NCBI GenBank assembly: GCA_038087875.1
Contig: CM075989.1
Span: 12,464,001-12,528,000, forward strand
From: Malacoraja senta
Taxonomy: Eukaryota
Reading direction: 5' to 3'
Length of the DNA stretch: 64,000 bases
Below are positions 50,882 to 61,682 of the stretch, piece by piece. Position 1 is the stretch's first letter; each line of letters opens with the position of its first letter. The position numbers and the translations under genes were made by a program. The notes below the pieces were generated by a model that was given only the letters and a program-made list of their open reading frames with translations, was not told the origin of the DNA and searched no databases.

Positions 50882-51446
50882 GTATGGTTAGTATAGTAAG
50901 ACCTGAGTGATCTCCTGGACAAGTGTCGATCGCCTGGATTGGGGTCGGAGAGGAATTTCCCGGATTTTTTTCCCGAATTGGACCTGGGTTTTTATCCGGT
51001 TTTTTGCCTCCCCCAGGAGATCACGCGGTTCTTGGGGTGGAGAGGGGTGATAGCGATATAAAGGGGAGGGTAGTGTCTTGTGTTCTGTGTCTTGTGTCTA
51101 CTGTTTGTGGGTAAGGGTGTCTGTTTAGTGTTCAGCCATGAGCGAATGGCGGTGCGGGCTCGATGGGCCTGGTGGTCTACTCTCGCACCTACTTTCTATG
51201 TTTCTATGTTTCTATGTTGGAAAATCTGCACTACACCTTTCCAAGGACAATGTATCCTTTCAACAGTGTGGTGTCCAGAGCTGAACACATTGCTCCAGCT
51301 ATTGTGTAACCAATGCTATATAAAGCTGTTGCATGGCTTTTTGCTTTCGTATGCGCATTCCCAGGTTATAAAGACCTGCACTCCATTTGCTTTTGTCTTA
51401 TTTTCTGTTTGTAATACTTTGGTCTCTTTCGACCTCCACTACTAAC

Positions 51447-52710
51447 ATGTTACTATTAAGAAAAAAGTGTTTTTCGATGGTTGTTTTATGTCTTTTGAAC
51501 AACTCTCCAATAAATATAATCTACCCAACTCACATTTCTTTAGCTATTTACAAATTAGACATTTTCTGAGGGCTACTCTACCCTTTTTTCCGTTACCACT
51601 TCCAACATCTTGGGGGGGAAAAATTACATTTGAACCCTTATCAGAAGGGCTTAATAATGACTATTTATGAGTTGATTTTGAAATTACAAATAGATACATT
51701 TGATAAAGTTAAGAATGACTGGGAAAGAGAACTCCAAATTTCTCTATCTATAAAGAAATGGGAGAGGATTCTTCAATTAGTTAATACTTCCTCAATGTGT
51801 GCAAGACACGCTTTGATACAATTCAAGGTGGTTCACAGAGCTCATATGTCAAAAGATAAGTTAGCTCGTTTTTATGGTCATATAAATCCTACCTGTGACA
51901 GATGTAATTCTGAAGTGGCCTCATTGACTCATATGTTTTGGTCCTGCCAACTTATGGAAAAATATTGGAAAGAAATTTGTTATACGATTTCTGTAGTTTT
52001 AGGTATTGATTTACAACCTCATCCTATTACTGCAATTTTTGGGCTACCAAAGTTAGATTCTATTCATCTGTCCCGTTCTGCCCATCGGCTGATTGCTTTT
52101 ACCACATTAATTCCCAGAAGATCTATTTTATTTAAATGGAAAGACTCTAATCCTCCGACCACACCCCAGTGGTGCTCTGAAACGATATCATGTTTCAATT
52201 TAGAAAAAATGAGGAGTGACATTGTTGAACCCTTGGTTAAATTTGATAGGACTTGGGGAAGATTTATTCAACATTTTCATACGACATAAATTGTCCTCTC
52301 TCCAACTGTTATAATAATTCTTTTACCTTTATACGGTGGAACGGACTTGACAACAAACAGGGACTTAAATTGTTGAAATTCTTTGCAGCCCAGATTCTGT
52401 TTTGCTTTTTTTTTCTAGTTTAGGGGGGTTTTGTTTTTTTGTTTTCTCTCTTTTTTTCTTTTTTTTTCTTTTTACCTTTTTGTTTTTATATATACGTTCT
52501 CTTTTAAACACTTAACTATATTTACATAGAGGTCTATATTCAATGTGTATTTTGACACTGGACGCATATTTAGGTTATACCTGTTATTAATATAATCCTG
52601 ATCCCTATGTATCAATATCGTTGTTATGTTTATCATTATTTTTTTGTTGTCTAGTTTTTGTTTTTTGAAAAAAACGAATAAAAAGATTTTAAAAGAAAGA
52701 AAGAAAAAAT
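51447..52710 (+). mobile_element. 5'-truncated L1/Tx1-clade LINE
   Basis: ORF 51630-52289 has LIQFKVVHR...CDRC...HMFWSC (C-terminal CCHC region); T-rich 3' UTR, aataaa and A-rich tail. Confidence 0.85.
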
Positions 52711-53099
52711 AATCAGATGTCCAGTTGCAGTGGATGACCTTATTTTTGCCTGCACTGAAACCCAGTTGCTGCACTTTTGTCTGTAAAATATGTGACTCTC
52801 TGAGGATGTGCCTCATGATGCTTTCAGTGGTAGGGAGTGGTGGACCAAGCTGAGTCCACCACTCTCTGCAAAGTCTTGCGTTCTTGTGCATTGGAATTGC
52901 CATATCAGGTAATTGTACAACCAATCAGAATACTTTCCACATTTCATCTGTAGACATTTGTTAGAATATTTGGTGATATGTTGAATCCTTTTAAACTTCT
53001 AAGAAAGTAAAAATGCTGGCACACCTTCTTTGTGATGACATTTATGTGCTGGGCCCAAAGAAAAAAATTGAGAGCGAGGACCTAAACATTACCAAAACT

Positions 53100-53600
53100 G
53101 GAACCGTTACATATAGCACACGGGTATAGTCATAGCTAGGGCCATGCAAGTTCCCATTGCTACAGCTGTGAAGTTGAAAGAGAAGCTGATCAATATAAGA
53201 ACTAGTTCGGCCAAGCAATGACTGTGGAAGAGAGAGAGAGACAGATTAGGTGAATTGGAAGTGTAGAGGAACTGGATAGATATGAAGATGGGTCGTTTGG
53301 GTCGTTGAACTGAAAACATGTCACTATGGTAAAGGCCATCAAATTTGTCACTGATAAAAGTGAGAAGGGATTGGACAAAGTCAGAAATAATATAATCGAG
53401 GTAGGACAAAATAAATTCTGTGGGCAAGTGCACAGGCCAGGCCAGTTTTTCTTGTGGATCTGGAGGCCGAAGTAGAAGCAGGCTATGTTTGGAGACTGTG
53501 AGGCCAGAGGCTGTGGTGGAAAGGCAGCCTGAGGAAATAATGTTAGCACCTTTCTGGGAAATAATAGCTGACATTCAGTGATTACATCATGGTCCACTAG
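53100..53600 (-). mobile_element. Decayed Penelope-like RT fragment
   Basis: PTEFILSYLDYI..FVQSL.TFISD and VAMGTCMA, typical of PLE reverse transcriptase. Confidence 0.6.
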
Positions 53601-54007
53601 GAGGTATTTGACCACACTCATTAGCCACTGGGTCCTCTCTTGCCCACGAGCTCCTGGCCCAACCTCACTCTGAGTTAAACATTTCCCAATTAAGTTATAT
53701 TATATTATTGTACCCAACAGACATGCTGAGACTTCCAGTGTGGCATGAATGAACTGTTTGGTCAAAGGCCCTCAATGCAAATTTCAACAGTGCACTTAGG
53801 GTATTGCACTTTCCTGGATAAGCATGAAAAATTTCCTCATGAAATGCATTTGGAAATTGTTGTGTATTTGGGTGCAATGCCTTTCTATCTCCACCATTGC
53901 TCCAGATAACTCTCCTCTTCACCTCAACCTATACCCCCCCCCCCCCCCCCCCCAAATTGCTTGGACCAAATTATAGAAAGCTAAATATGATCAGAAAATA
54001 TAGTCAT

Positions 54008-54809
54008 TGTGCACTGGGATAGCGCCCCCTCTCTCAGGTGCTGCTCTCATCCCTATCACAGGCAGACAGGCTGGGAAAGGCCAATCCTCAGCATTCTCGG
54101 TAACAGCTAGCCCCAATTAGCTGACATTGAATTGACCCATCTAAACATCGCCAGCCTGCTCTTTATAAAACCCAGACATTCCAGCCAGGAAGCGAGAAGG
54201 TAGTGGGTGAGAGAAGAAGCAGAAGAGAAAGAGGAAGAAAAAAGGAAGGAAGAAAGAAGAGAGAGAGGAAGGGAGAGAAAGTGGAGTGCTTTCCTGGTAG
54301 CTGTGTTTACCTGTTACAGGCGGAGGAAGACTGAACCACTGGGACAAACACGAGATCACCAATGCCACCCTAAACTCAAGACTGAGCTGCCGGAAAGAAG
54401 CTCTAGATAGCCAGCTCCTCAACTTAGACCACGTTTGTGTGGCCGGGGCAAGCCTGAGACTGCCAGTGCCTCTTACCTGTGAACAAACAATGAGGGACTG
54501 CACCCACGCACAGAGGCAACGACTGAGCCACCAGGATAAACCTGAGACTGCCAGTCTGCCTTTTCAAGCCCAAAGCTGAGCAGGATAAGCCTGAGATCGC
54601 CATGCCTCCTCCTTCAAGACTAGGACTAAGCTGCAGAGCCAAGCCCAAGATCGCAAGGATCTCACGTGCGTCCTGACGATGAGGGACAGCTCCCCTATGT
54701 GGACCTGGACTTTCATGTCAGTCCAAATAAAACATATCACTGTGCTCACCTATTCGAGTTTTGGTGTGGTCACTGCCAAATCTGGCCTCATCCCTGATGG
54801 CGCAGCACA
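54008..54809 (+). mobile_element. Candidate solo LTR
   Basis: Ends tgtgc...gcaca, TATA-like tttataaaa (~54162), purine tract, internal repeat cctgagactgccagt x2, aataaa (54726). No TSD found. Confidence 0.4.
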
Positions 54810-55924
54810 TACCAGCAAATATTTGATTTTCTTTTGGACAATCAGATAAATATTATCGCTCAAAGAAATGCTGTGGCATTAGCCGAGTGTTTTTTACTGG
54901 TAAAGGGAGTGGCACTGATGGGAAACATGTTGCAGTATAAAGTGGGAATTTATTACACTCCAAAATGGAACATGATTTTACACAAAGGTCTGTGGTGTGA
55001 AATTGATGAAATTGAAGGTTTTCTTGCACGATTTATCCAATATGGAAACTTGGTGAAAAATGTTGTTGAAATTTCAGCGCAAATTATCTTCACTGCAAAT
55101 TAAGTTTGCAGCAATTTTAAATGTTATTTACAAAAAACCATGAGGAAAGCTAGCCCTGTCTCTAAAACTGGACTTGTTCCTGGTATAACTGAATCAATAT
55201 ATTTATTTAAAATGATTGCACTTAACTGTAGATTTATGATGATGTGTTAAAGACTAAGATTATTTGGCATGTTATAAAAAATATACTGTACACTAGAATC
55301 ACCAGCAAATGATTTTTTTCAATTGTAGGTGACAAATCAATCTTCAGCTGCATCAGTCAAACTGAACATAGGGCAACACACTGGTGTAGTTTAGTTTAAT
55401 TTAAAGATTTAGTGCGGCACAGTGGCACAGAGGTAGAGTTCCTTATTGCGCCGGAAATTTACTCTGAGAAAAGGAATCATTTGATTTAAAAGACAATGCC
55501 AGAAATGGCGATGGAGGGAAATTGTGCAAAGGAAATGAAGCAGGATCTTTGCCAGCAGCAGGTTTTCTGTGATAATACAGATTGTTTCACCCTCCCTCAC
55601 CAAATACAAGTATTTGATGTCCCCTCCCCTCAACCCATGGCAACATTCATTCGGAAACAATGAAGAGCAGCAAGCCATCCACCACTTGCTGTTACCCATA
55701 CTGATATGGAAAAGATTGGACTATTAACATGCGGCGTTGCTTCAAGCAAACCACTGATGTGTCATTTTCACACATTTCCTTCCAAATTTGGTCTATAAAT
55801 CAAACATTTGAAAAAGGTCACAGATTGCTGAGGCGGGGGGAAGGGCTGAGAGAATAAATGGATTTAACTGGATTTGTCTCACAGGTTTTGCTGTGCATTT
55901 ACAGTCAGAGTCATAGAGTGATAC

Positions 55925-56385
55925 TACATCGGTGAGACCAAGCGGAGGCTTGGTGATCGTTTCGCCGAACACCTCCGGTCGGTCCGCAATAACCAACCTG
56001 ACCTCCTGGTGGCTCAGCACTTCAACTCCCCCTCCCATTCTGCATCTGACCTCTCTGTCCTGGGTCTCCTCCATGGCCACAGCGAGCAACACCGGAAATT
56101 GGAGGAAATGCACCTCATATTCCGCTTGGGCAGTGTACATCCTGGGGGCATGAACATTGAATTCTCCCAATTCTGCTCGCCCTTGCTGTCCCCTCCCCTT
56201 CATCAGCCCTCTGGTTGTCTCCTCCCATCCCCTAGCCCTCGGGCTCCTCCTCCGCCTTTTTTCCTTTCTTCTCCCCACCCCCTATCAGTCTGAAGAAGGG
56301 TTTCGGCCCGAAACGTTGCCTATTTCCTTCGCTCCATAGATGCTGCCACACCCGCTGAGTTTCTCCAGCATTTTTTTGTGTACCT
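55925..56385 (+). mobile_element. Young 5'-truncated Penelope-like element (GIY-YIG C-terminus plus pLTR)
   Basis: YIGETKRRLGDRFAEHLRSVR...VAQHFNSPSHS...HLIFRLGSVHPGGMNIEF; 14-bp TSD tcatagagtgatac (55911-55924 / 56386-56399). Confidence 0.92.
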
Positions 56386-56399
56386 TCATAGAGTGATAC

Positions 56400-57475
56400 C
56401 ATGTGAAACCAGGCCCTTCAGCCTAACTTGCCCACACCGGCCAACATGTCCCAGCTACACTGGTCCCACCTGCAAGTATTTGGTCCATATCCCTCCAAAC
56501 CTGTCCTATCCATGTTCCTGTCTAACTGTTTCTTAAATATTGGGACAGTCCTTGCCTCAACTGCCTCTTCTGGCAGCTTGTTCCATACATCCACCACCCT
56601 TTGTGTGAAAAAGTTACCCCTCAGATTCCTATTAAATCTTTTTCCCTTTGCCTTAAACCTATGTCCTCTGGCCCTCGATTCACCTACTCTGGGCAAGGGA
56701 CTCTGTACATCTACATGAACTATTCCTCTCATGACTTATACACCTCTATAAGATCACCCCTCATACTCCTGTGCTCCAAGGAATAGTCCCAGCCTACTCA
56801 ACCTCTGCCTATAGCTCAGACCCTCTAATCCTGGCCATATCCTCATAAATCTTCTCTGTATCCTTTCCAGCTTGACAACATCTTTCCGACAACACGGTGC
56901 CTAGATCTGAACACAATACTCTAAATGTGGTCTCACCAACGTCTTATATAACTGCAACATGACCTCCCAACTTCCATACTTAATACTCGAGCTGATGAAG
57001 GCCAATGTGCCAAATAACTTTTGACCACCTGATCTACCTGCACTCCACCTTCAGGGAACTATGCAACTGCACTCCTATATCTCTCTGCTCTACAACACTC
57101 CCCAGAGCCCTACCATTCACTGTGTGAGCCCTGCCCATGTTAGACTTCCGAAAATGCAACACCTCACAGTTTTCTGCCTTAAATTCCATCAACTATTCCT
57201 CAGCCTATAACACAGTGCCCAGAACGGAACACAGGACTCGGACATTGGCCTCACCAACGTCTTACATCTGCAACATGACCTCCCAACTTCTATACTAAAT
57301 ACTCTGACTGATGAAGCCCCATTTGCCAAAAGTCTTTTTGACCACCCGATCTACCTGCGACTCCACCTTCAGGGAACTATGCACTTGCACTCCTAGATCA
57401 CTCTGCTCTATAACACTACCCAGAGCCCTATCATTCACTGTTTTGGTCCTGCCATGTTAAACTTCCCAAAATGCA
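56400..57475 (-). mobile_element. CR1 3' fragment with an internal duplication of ~318-bp period
   Basis: ESRARGHRFK...FFTQRVVDVWNKLP; 56891-57160 recurs at 57209-57475. Confidence 0.85.
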
Positions 57476-59213
57476 GATTGTGATTAGATGAGTCTTTGGA
57501 AACAACTGCCCAACTGATCTTGCCTTTTTTTTCTTTTCCCTTATTACATTTTCCATTTTCAGAGATTAAGAATACTGGGCTTGTACTCGCTAGAGTTTAG
57601 AAGAATGAGAGGTGATCCCATTGAAAATTCTTTCAAGGCTCAATGGTATAAATGCAGAGAGTATGCTTTCACTTGGCAGAATATCTAGATTCAGGGGTTA
57701 CTGCCTCGAGATAAGGGTTTAGCTTCTCATCACTGTGACGAGAAAGAATTTATTCACCTCGAGAGTAGCGAACCTATGATATGATCTGTCTAAAAGGGCT
57801 GTGGAAGCTCAGCCAGTACATCGAAGACAGAGATGTTAGATTTTTGGATATTAAGAAAATTGAGAGATATGGAATTATTACAGAAAAGTGTCACCAGAGC
57901 AGAAGATCAGCCATGATTGAATTGCAAGGGCCTACTTCTATTTCTGCTTCTGACAAAAAAATGTCTGCTGTATCTTGGAATCCAAGACCATTGGCCCTTT
58001 GGCAACCGTGAGATGCAGGCAAAAGAGGTTCAGGAAGCATGAATATACATTGGAAAGCAAAGTGGATGTTGAGACGCACTCTGGGCTCTGGGTAGTGGAA
58101 CAGATTACACTACCAAGTTTTGTATCTGGGTTCAGTCATTCTTCATCTCAATCCCTATGTATTTTACTTCTCTGTTTCTGCTGTAAAATGATCATGGTGT
58201 GGAGATTATACATAACTCCACCATCTTGATGTAACACGAACAATGATTAATAATTTCTTTCTGCATGGGCATACTAACTGAATTCTCAGTACCCTTGAGA
58301 ATAAACACTCCCCTAATGTGCAGAAAAAATAGTGATGCATTAAATAATGGCAGCAATATAGTTCATGTGTTATGGTCTCCTGAGCAGTTCTGCATAAGGC
58401 ACTGTAAAGATAGCTGTTGTTATTTGGCCAATGATGTGCAGGTAATGATGTTGTGCCTTTATTCTGCACTGTACCTGAGTCCCAACCTTTGATTTGAATG
58501 CTCTACAATTCATCTAGCAGGAGGGAGATACCTGTAACTTCCCTCCTGGTAAGGAAACATTCTCTCATATATAAAAGGTCTTGACTTCAATGAGTCTCCT
58601 TGATCAATTATTAAGTCCAGCTTCCTAGTAGGATGGAAACCCACTGGGCTGACAAAGTTTTACAAAGGAAATAAACTTTGCAACAGAACCAGAATAAATG
58701 ACCATGGACTGAAAAGCTTTTGCTGACATGACAGATTTTCTGTCATAGATCAGAGAACAGGAGCTGTGCACCATGGCGTTTTGGTTGGCCAACATAGTAT
58801 CCAAACATTTGGTTGCGACATAATCTGGTGAGCCTGCAGTGTATGCCTGAAGATGACAGATGGAAGGTCAATGGGAACTGTTCCTTGGTCTTACCAATCT
58901 AAAGTCAGCAGACTTCAGATTCTAATCAGGCCTTGTGATAAAACTCACCAATTGGGGCCCTCAGAATACTGAACTGACACGTGGGTAAGTCCTTGGATGG
59001 GGAGGTGTGGTGTTCTTTCTGGCATAACATTAGTTTGTGGAAAAACATTAAACACCCATCTGTTCTTGTTATCCTTGGGTAGTCCTGTTGAGAACTCATG
59101 ATTATGTCTTATATACCCAGAAGCTAATTGGAGCACAAGCTGCAGATGCATTTCATGCCAATTTTTTACAAAAGAAGTCACAAAAGGCAGTAGAATTGTA
59201 GAAGTCACAAAAG

Positions 59214-59475
59214 GCAGAGACCCAGGTTTGATCCTGGCTATGGGTGCTTGTCTGTACGGAGTTTGTATGTTCTCCCCATGACCTGCGTGGGTTTTCTCCG
59301 ATTCCCACACTCCAAAGACGTACAGGTTTGTAGGTTAATTGGCTTGGTGTAAAAGTTAAAATAGTCCCTAGTGTAGGATAGTGTTAATGTGCAGGGATCA
59401 CTGGTTGATGTGGACTCGGTGGGCTGAAGAGCCTGTTTCCACGCTGTGTCTCTAAAACTCTAAAAAAAACTCTAA
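59214..59475 (+). mobile_element. HE1-type V-SINE lacking the first ~40 bp
   Basis: cagagacccaggtttgatcc...tctgtacggagtttg...ctctaaaactctaaa, colinear with 20964-21221. Confidence 0.8.
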
Positions 59476-59689
59476 AAAACACATTCACAGCTGCTTAGAA
59501 CAAGATTTTGTGCACAGTTTCAGGAACAGTAGCAATACAATGTAGTTTGAAATATAGCTTGAATTTCTAAAAATGTTGACCCAGGAAATATATTAGCACT
59601 GAATTAGTGAAGTATTTGTTGATGGGTGGCAGGCTAGCGACTAATTTGGTTCTAGGCACAGCATCAGATCCTGCAGAATGTTTGAGGTT

Positions 59690-60950
59690 CCTACCTGCTT
59701 TAAAAGAGCATCAAGATTACCAGTGCCCAAGAAGAGTAAGGTGATATACCTCAATAACTACTGATTGGTGGCACTAACATCCATGGCGATGAGGTTCATT
59801 GAGAGGTTGATTATGATGCAAAACAGCTCCTACCTCAGCAAGGACCTGAACCCACTACAATTTGCCTAACACCACAATAGATCAATGGGGAAGGCGATCT
59901 CTCTGGCTTTCCACTCTGCAATGGACCACTTGGACCTTGTCGGACATGTACATCAGGCTGGTGTTCATTGACTACAGCTCCACATTCATTACCATCACCC
60001 CTCCAAGCTTGTTTTTAAATTAGGAAACTTGGTCTCTGCTCATCCCTATGCAATTGGATCCTTAACTTCCTCATTGGCAGACTACAATCAGTACGAATTG
60101 GCAACAACTCCTCCTCGATAACCATCAGCACAGGAGGATCTCAGGGCTGTGTGCTCAGTCCCCTGCTCAACTCGCTCTATATCCATGACTGCAGCCAGAC
60201 ACAGTTCTAACGCTATCTTTAAATTTACCAAAGATACCACCACTGTTGGACAAATAACGGGTTATGATGAGTCAGAGTATAGGAGGGAGATTGAAAATCT
60301 GACTGAATGGTGCCAGAACAATAATCTTGCTCTCAACTTCAGCAAGACAAAGAAGCCAATGGTTGACTTTAAAAGGGAAAAGCCGAGGATCCAGGAACCT
60401 GTCTTCATCGACAGGTTGGCGGTGGAGAGAGTCATCAACTTCAATTTCCTGGGCACGCATATCTCTGAAGATTTGTCCTGGGCCCTACACATTGATGTAA
60501 TCACAAAGAAAGCCCATTAACTGACCTCACCACCATTGTGGAATCTATCGGAGACACGGCCTCAAAAAAGCAGCCAGCATCATCAAAGACGCACTCCACT
60601 CTGGCCATGCTCTCATTTCACTTCTACCATCAGAAAGAAGGCAATAGGAGTCTGAAATCGGTGACCAGCAGGTTCAAAAATAGCTTCTTCCCAACAACCA
60701 TCAGGCTCTTGAACACATCACAATACTACCTCAACATAAACTATGGGCTGTCTTTGGATGCGATAAGTAGTTTGAGCGTTTTTGTATTAGTGTTGGAGTT
60801 TGTATTGAATTTTTGTTTATTATGTACATTATTATCTATATGTATTGTGTTTACAGGCTTGTTATTTTGCTGCATGTTTAACTTCATTGTTCCACTGTCG
60901 GTGCATAAGACAATTACACTCTCTTGACTTGAGCGTTGACTCTTGACTAT
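59690..60950 (+). mobile_element. Rex1/Babar-clade LINE 3' fragment (RT)
   Basis: [61 protein letters not shown], (tcttgac)n tail. Confidence 0.8.
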
Positions 60951-61348
60951 TAAAGTCTCAACTAAATCTGAGAGTAGGGTTGAGTTGTGGGTTCAAGAGG
61001 GAGAACATTTGGTAGACGTGAAGTTCAACTTGTGTTGGGAATCCATTCAAGGCTTGGATTCTGGAGTTGGGGCCATGTGTCAGGGTTTGGGTTTATCCAT
61101 GTAGTCCCAGTCAGGGACAGTAATTGGAGCAAAGTATGTTAGGAAGTGAGGTCAGAATATGCGGTGTGATTGTTGGCTGTAGTAGGTTAGGGGTGTGTTT
61201 GGTACTGGTGGAGAGGGAGGCCCAAAATTGAAACCGAGGGGGTTCTGAGCCCAGATAATGACCAGTACTGAAATATCTCCTGTATAATGTAGTTGTGCTA
61301 ACAATGCCCAATGCTAGTGCATCTATTTGTTGGGCAAATCTCCAGAGA

Positions 61349-61682
61349 GGGTCGGGTACTTTTTCGGCGCCGCTGTTTCGGCGCCTCCGTTTATAAGATC
61401 TGTACTCATCAGAACCCTAACCCTAACCCTAACCTCTGTGAATACCTCCAGATAAATAAAAGTGTTCCATGCGTCACAATACTCCGGGATAGTGAATTCC
61501 AGAGATTCATCACCCTCTGCAAGAAGTTCCTATGCCAAGGATATTGCAAGTGAGATCAGCTTTATGTTAACAAGTTTGGAAATTGGTTTCCACTGGCACC
61601 CTAACCCTAACCCATACCCTAACCCATACCCTAACCCTAACTCTAACACCCCGAAACGGCAGCGCCGAATGGTACCATTCCG
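61349..61682. mobile_element. 334-bp TIR element with 8-bp TSD, carrying (CCCTAA)n tracts
   Basis: TSD tccagaga (61341-61348 / 61683-61690); inverted ggtac...ttcggcgccgctgtttcgg / ccgaaacggcagcgccgaa..gtacc; telomeric tracts at 61413-61434 and 61599-61647. Confidence 0.8.

Larger units (their letters stand above)
46751..51217 (+). mobile_element. Full-length CR1 LINE with two intact ORFs
   Basis: 5' UTR, ORF1, ORF2, 3' UTR with terminal stem-loop and (tttctatg)3 tail; candidate TSD tggaaaa (46744-46750 / 51218-51224). Confidence 0.93.

Noticed and set aside
55412..59475. SINE head at 55412-55452 and headless SINE body at 59214 as one SINE split by a 3.8-kb insert
   Set aside because: The breakpoints are roughly complementary, but the intervening DNA is heterogeneous with no element termini or TSD. 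Two independent truncated SINEs are equally likely.
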